A DNA stretch of 64,000 nt from Vicugna vicugna (lineage: Eukaryota). The DNA lies in the NCBI GenBank assembly GCA_013265495.1, contig MU058221.1, positions 1 through 64,000 of the forward strand, in the 5' to 3' direction. The notes below the pieces were generated by a model. That model was not told the origin of the DNA, ran no database searches, and saw only the letters and a list, made by a program, of their open reading frames with translations. Each line of letters opens with the position of its first letter. The first letter of the stretch is position 1. Both the position numbers and the translations under genes were made by a program. Below are positions 63,164-64,000 of the stretch, piece by piece.

Positions 63164-63267
63164 CTTAACCAACATAAAGGTAAGGGGCGTGAAGCGTTCA
63201 CCCACCTACAAGTGCAATTTTGTGCTCTGTTTCTCAAGGAAGTCCCTTATCACTGGCTACTTCCTAG

Positions 63268-63461
63268 AACAGCGATTCTCAACTTTGGGCAGTGTGCTCC
63301 CCAGGAGACATCTGGCTGTCACAACTGCGGTGGGGGTTGAAAGTGGCCTCTAGTAGGGGGCAAGGATACTGCTAAAATCATACAATGCACAGGATATCAC
63401 CCCTACAACAAAGAACTATCTGGCCCCAAAATGTTAATGCATCAAGGCTATAAACCCTGTT
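63268..63461 (+). mobile_element. MER20-like hAT MITE
   Basis: cagcgattctcaac...tatctggccccaaaatgttaat...aaaccctg, flanked by ctagaa. Confidence 0.75.
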
Positions 63462-64000
63462 CTAGAACAAACATCAAATTACTTCACTGAGCAGCCCAAG
63501 ACACTCTCAGTGTTTGCGGATCTCATGTGCATGACCAATACAGCGAGAAAGATGTCAGAGAGAGTGGCTGCTTGGCAGCTCCTTGATGAGGACACGAGCA
63601 ACCAAATGTTCCCAGTGGCCAGAAGTGTTCTCTGGGAGAAAAGATCACATCAACCAAGCCCTCAAGAATATACAGCATCAACCATACCAGCTATTAATTC
63701 ATAACTGGAGAGCCACTTGGCATAAGATCTGGATCAGACTCTCCTTTTGACAAACTGACCCTGGGAATTATCTTGGCTAGGGCAGAATTGTGACTTAGCA
63801 GCCACATATTTTCAAAGCCAGGGTTTTCTCCCTGTGATAACCCACTGGAGTGATCCCACACCATTCTAGGGGAAAATCATATCTAGAGAACACTCGGGGG
63901 CCAGTAAACTCCTGCAGCGTACTCTCTTTGAACAGCACCTACTAATTCTTATGTTTCTTACTCATTGACAACTTTCTTTCACCCGTAACCCAAAGCTCCT

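Overview
Mammalian genomic DNA, very probably camelid given a Vic-1-type SINE, that looks like the left end of a chromosome. From the start: degenerate (CCCTAA)n telomere repeats (1-570); an old ~6.3 kb reverse-oriented NUMT (partial COX1 through WANCY, ND2, IQM, ND1, 16S, 12S and control region; ~1853-8153); a diverged tandem array of L1-mosaic units, each carrying a homologous unrecognised exon/ORF (~8.2-23.5 kb); a truncated RALGDS-like (CDRT15/RGL-type) pseudogene (~25.9-27.5 kb); ERV1 and L1 debris; and a satellite-like fragment abutting a truncated class III ERV with a tRNA-Ser PBS (36.1-38.3 kb). The only intact protein-coding gene I can support is EVA1A on the minus strand (coding exons 55851-55896 and 43193-43563). 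All identifications are by eye from remembered sequences, no searches were run, and repeat boundaries are approximate.
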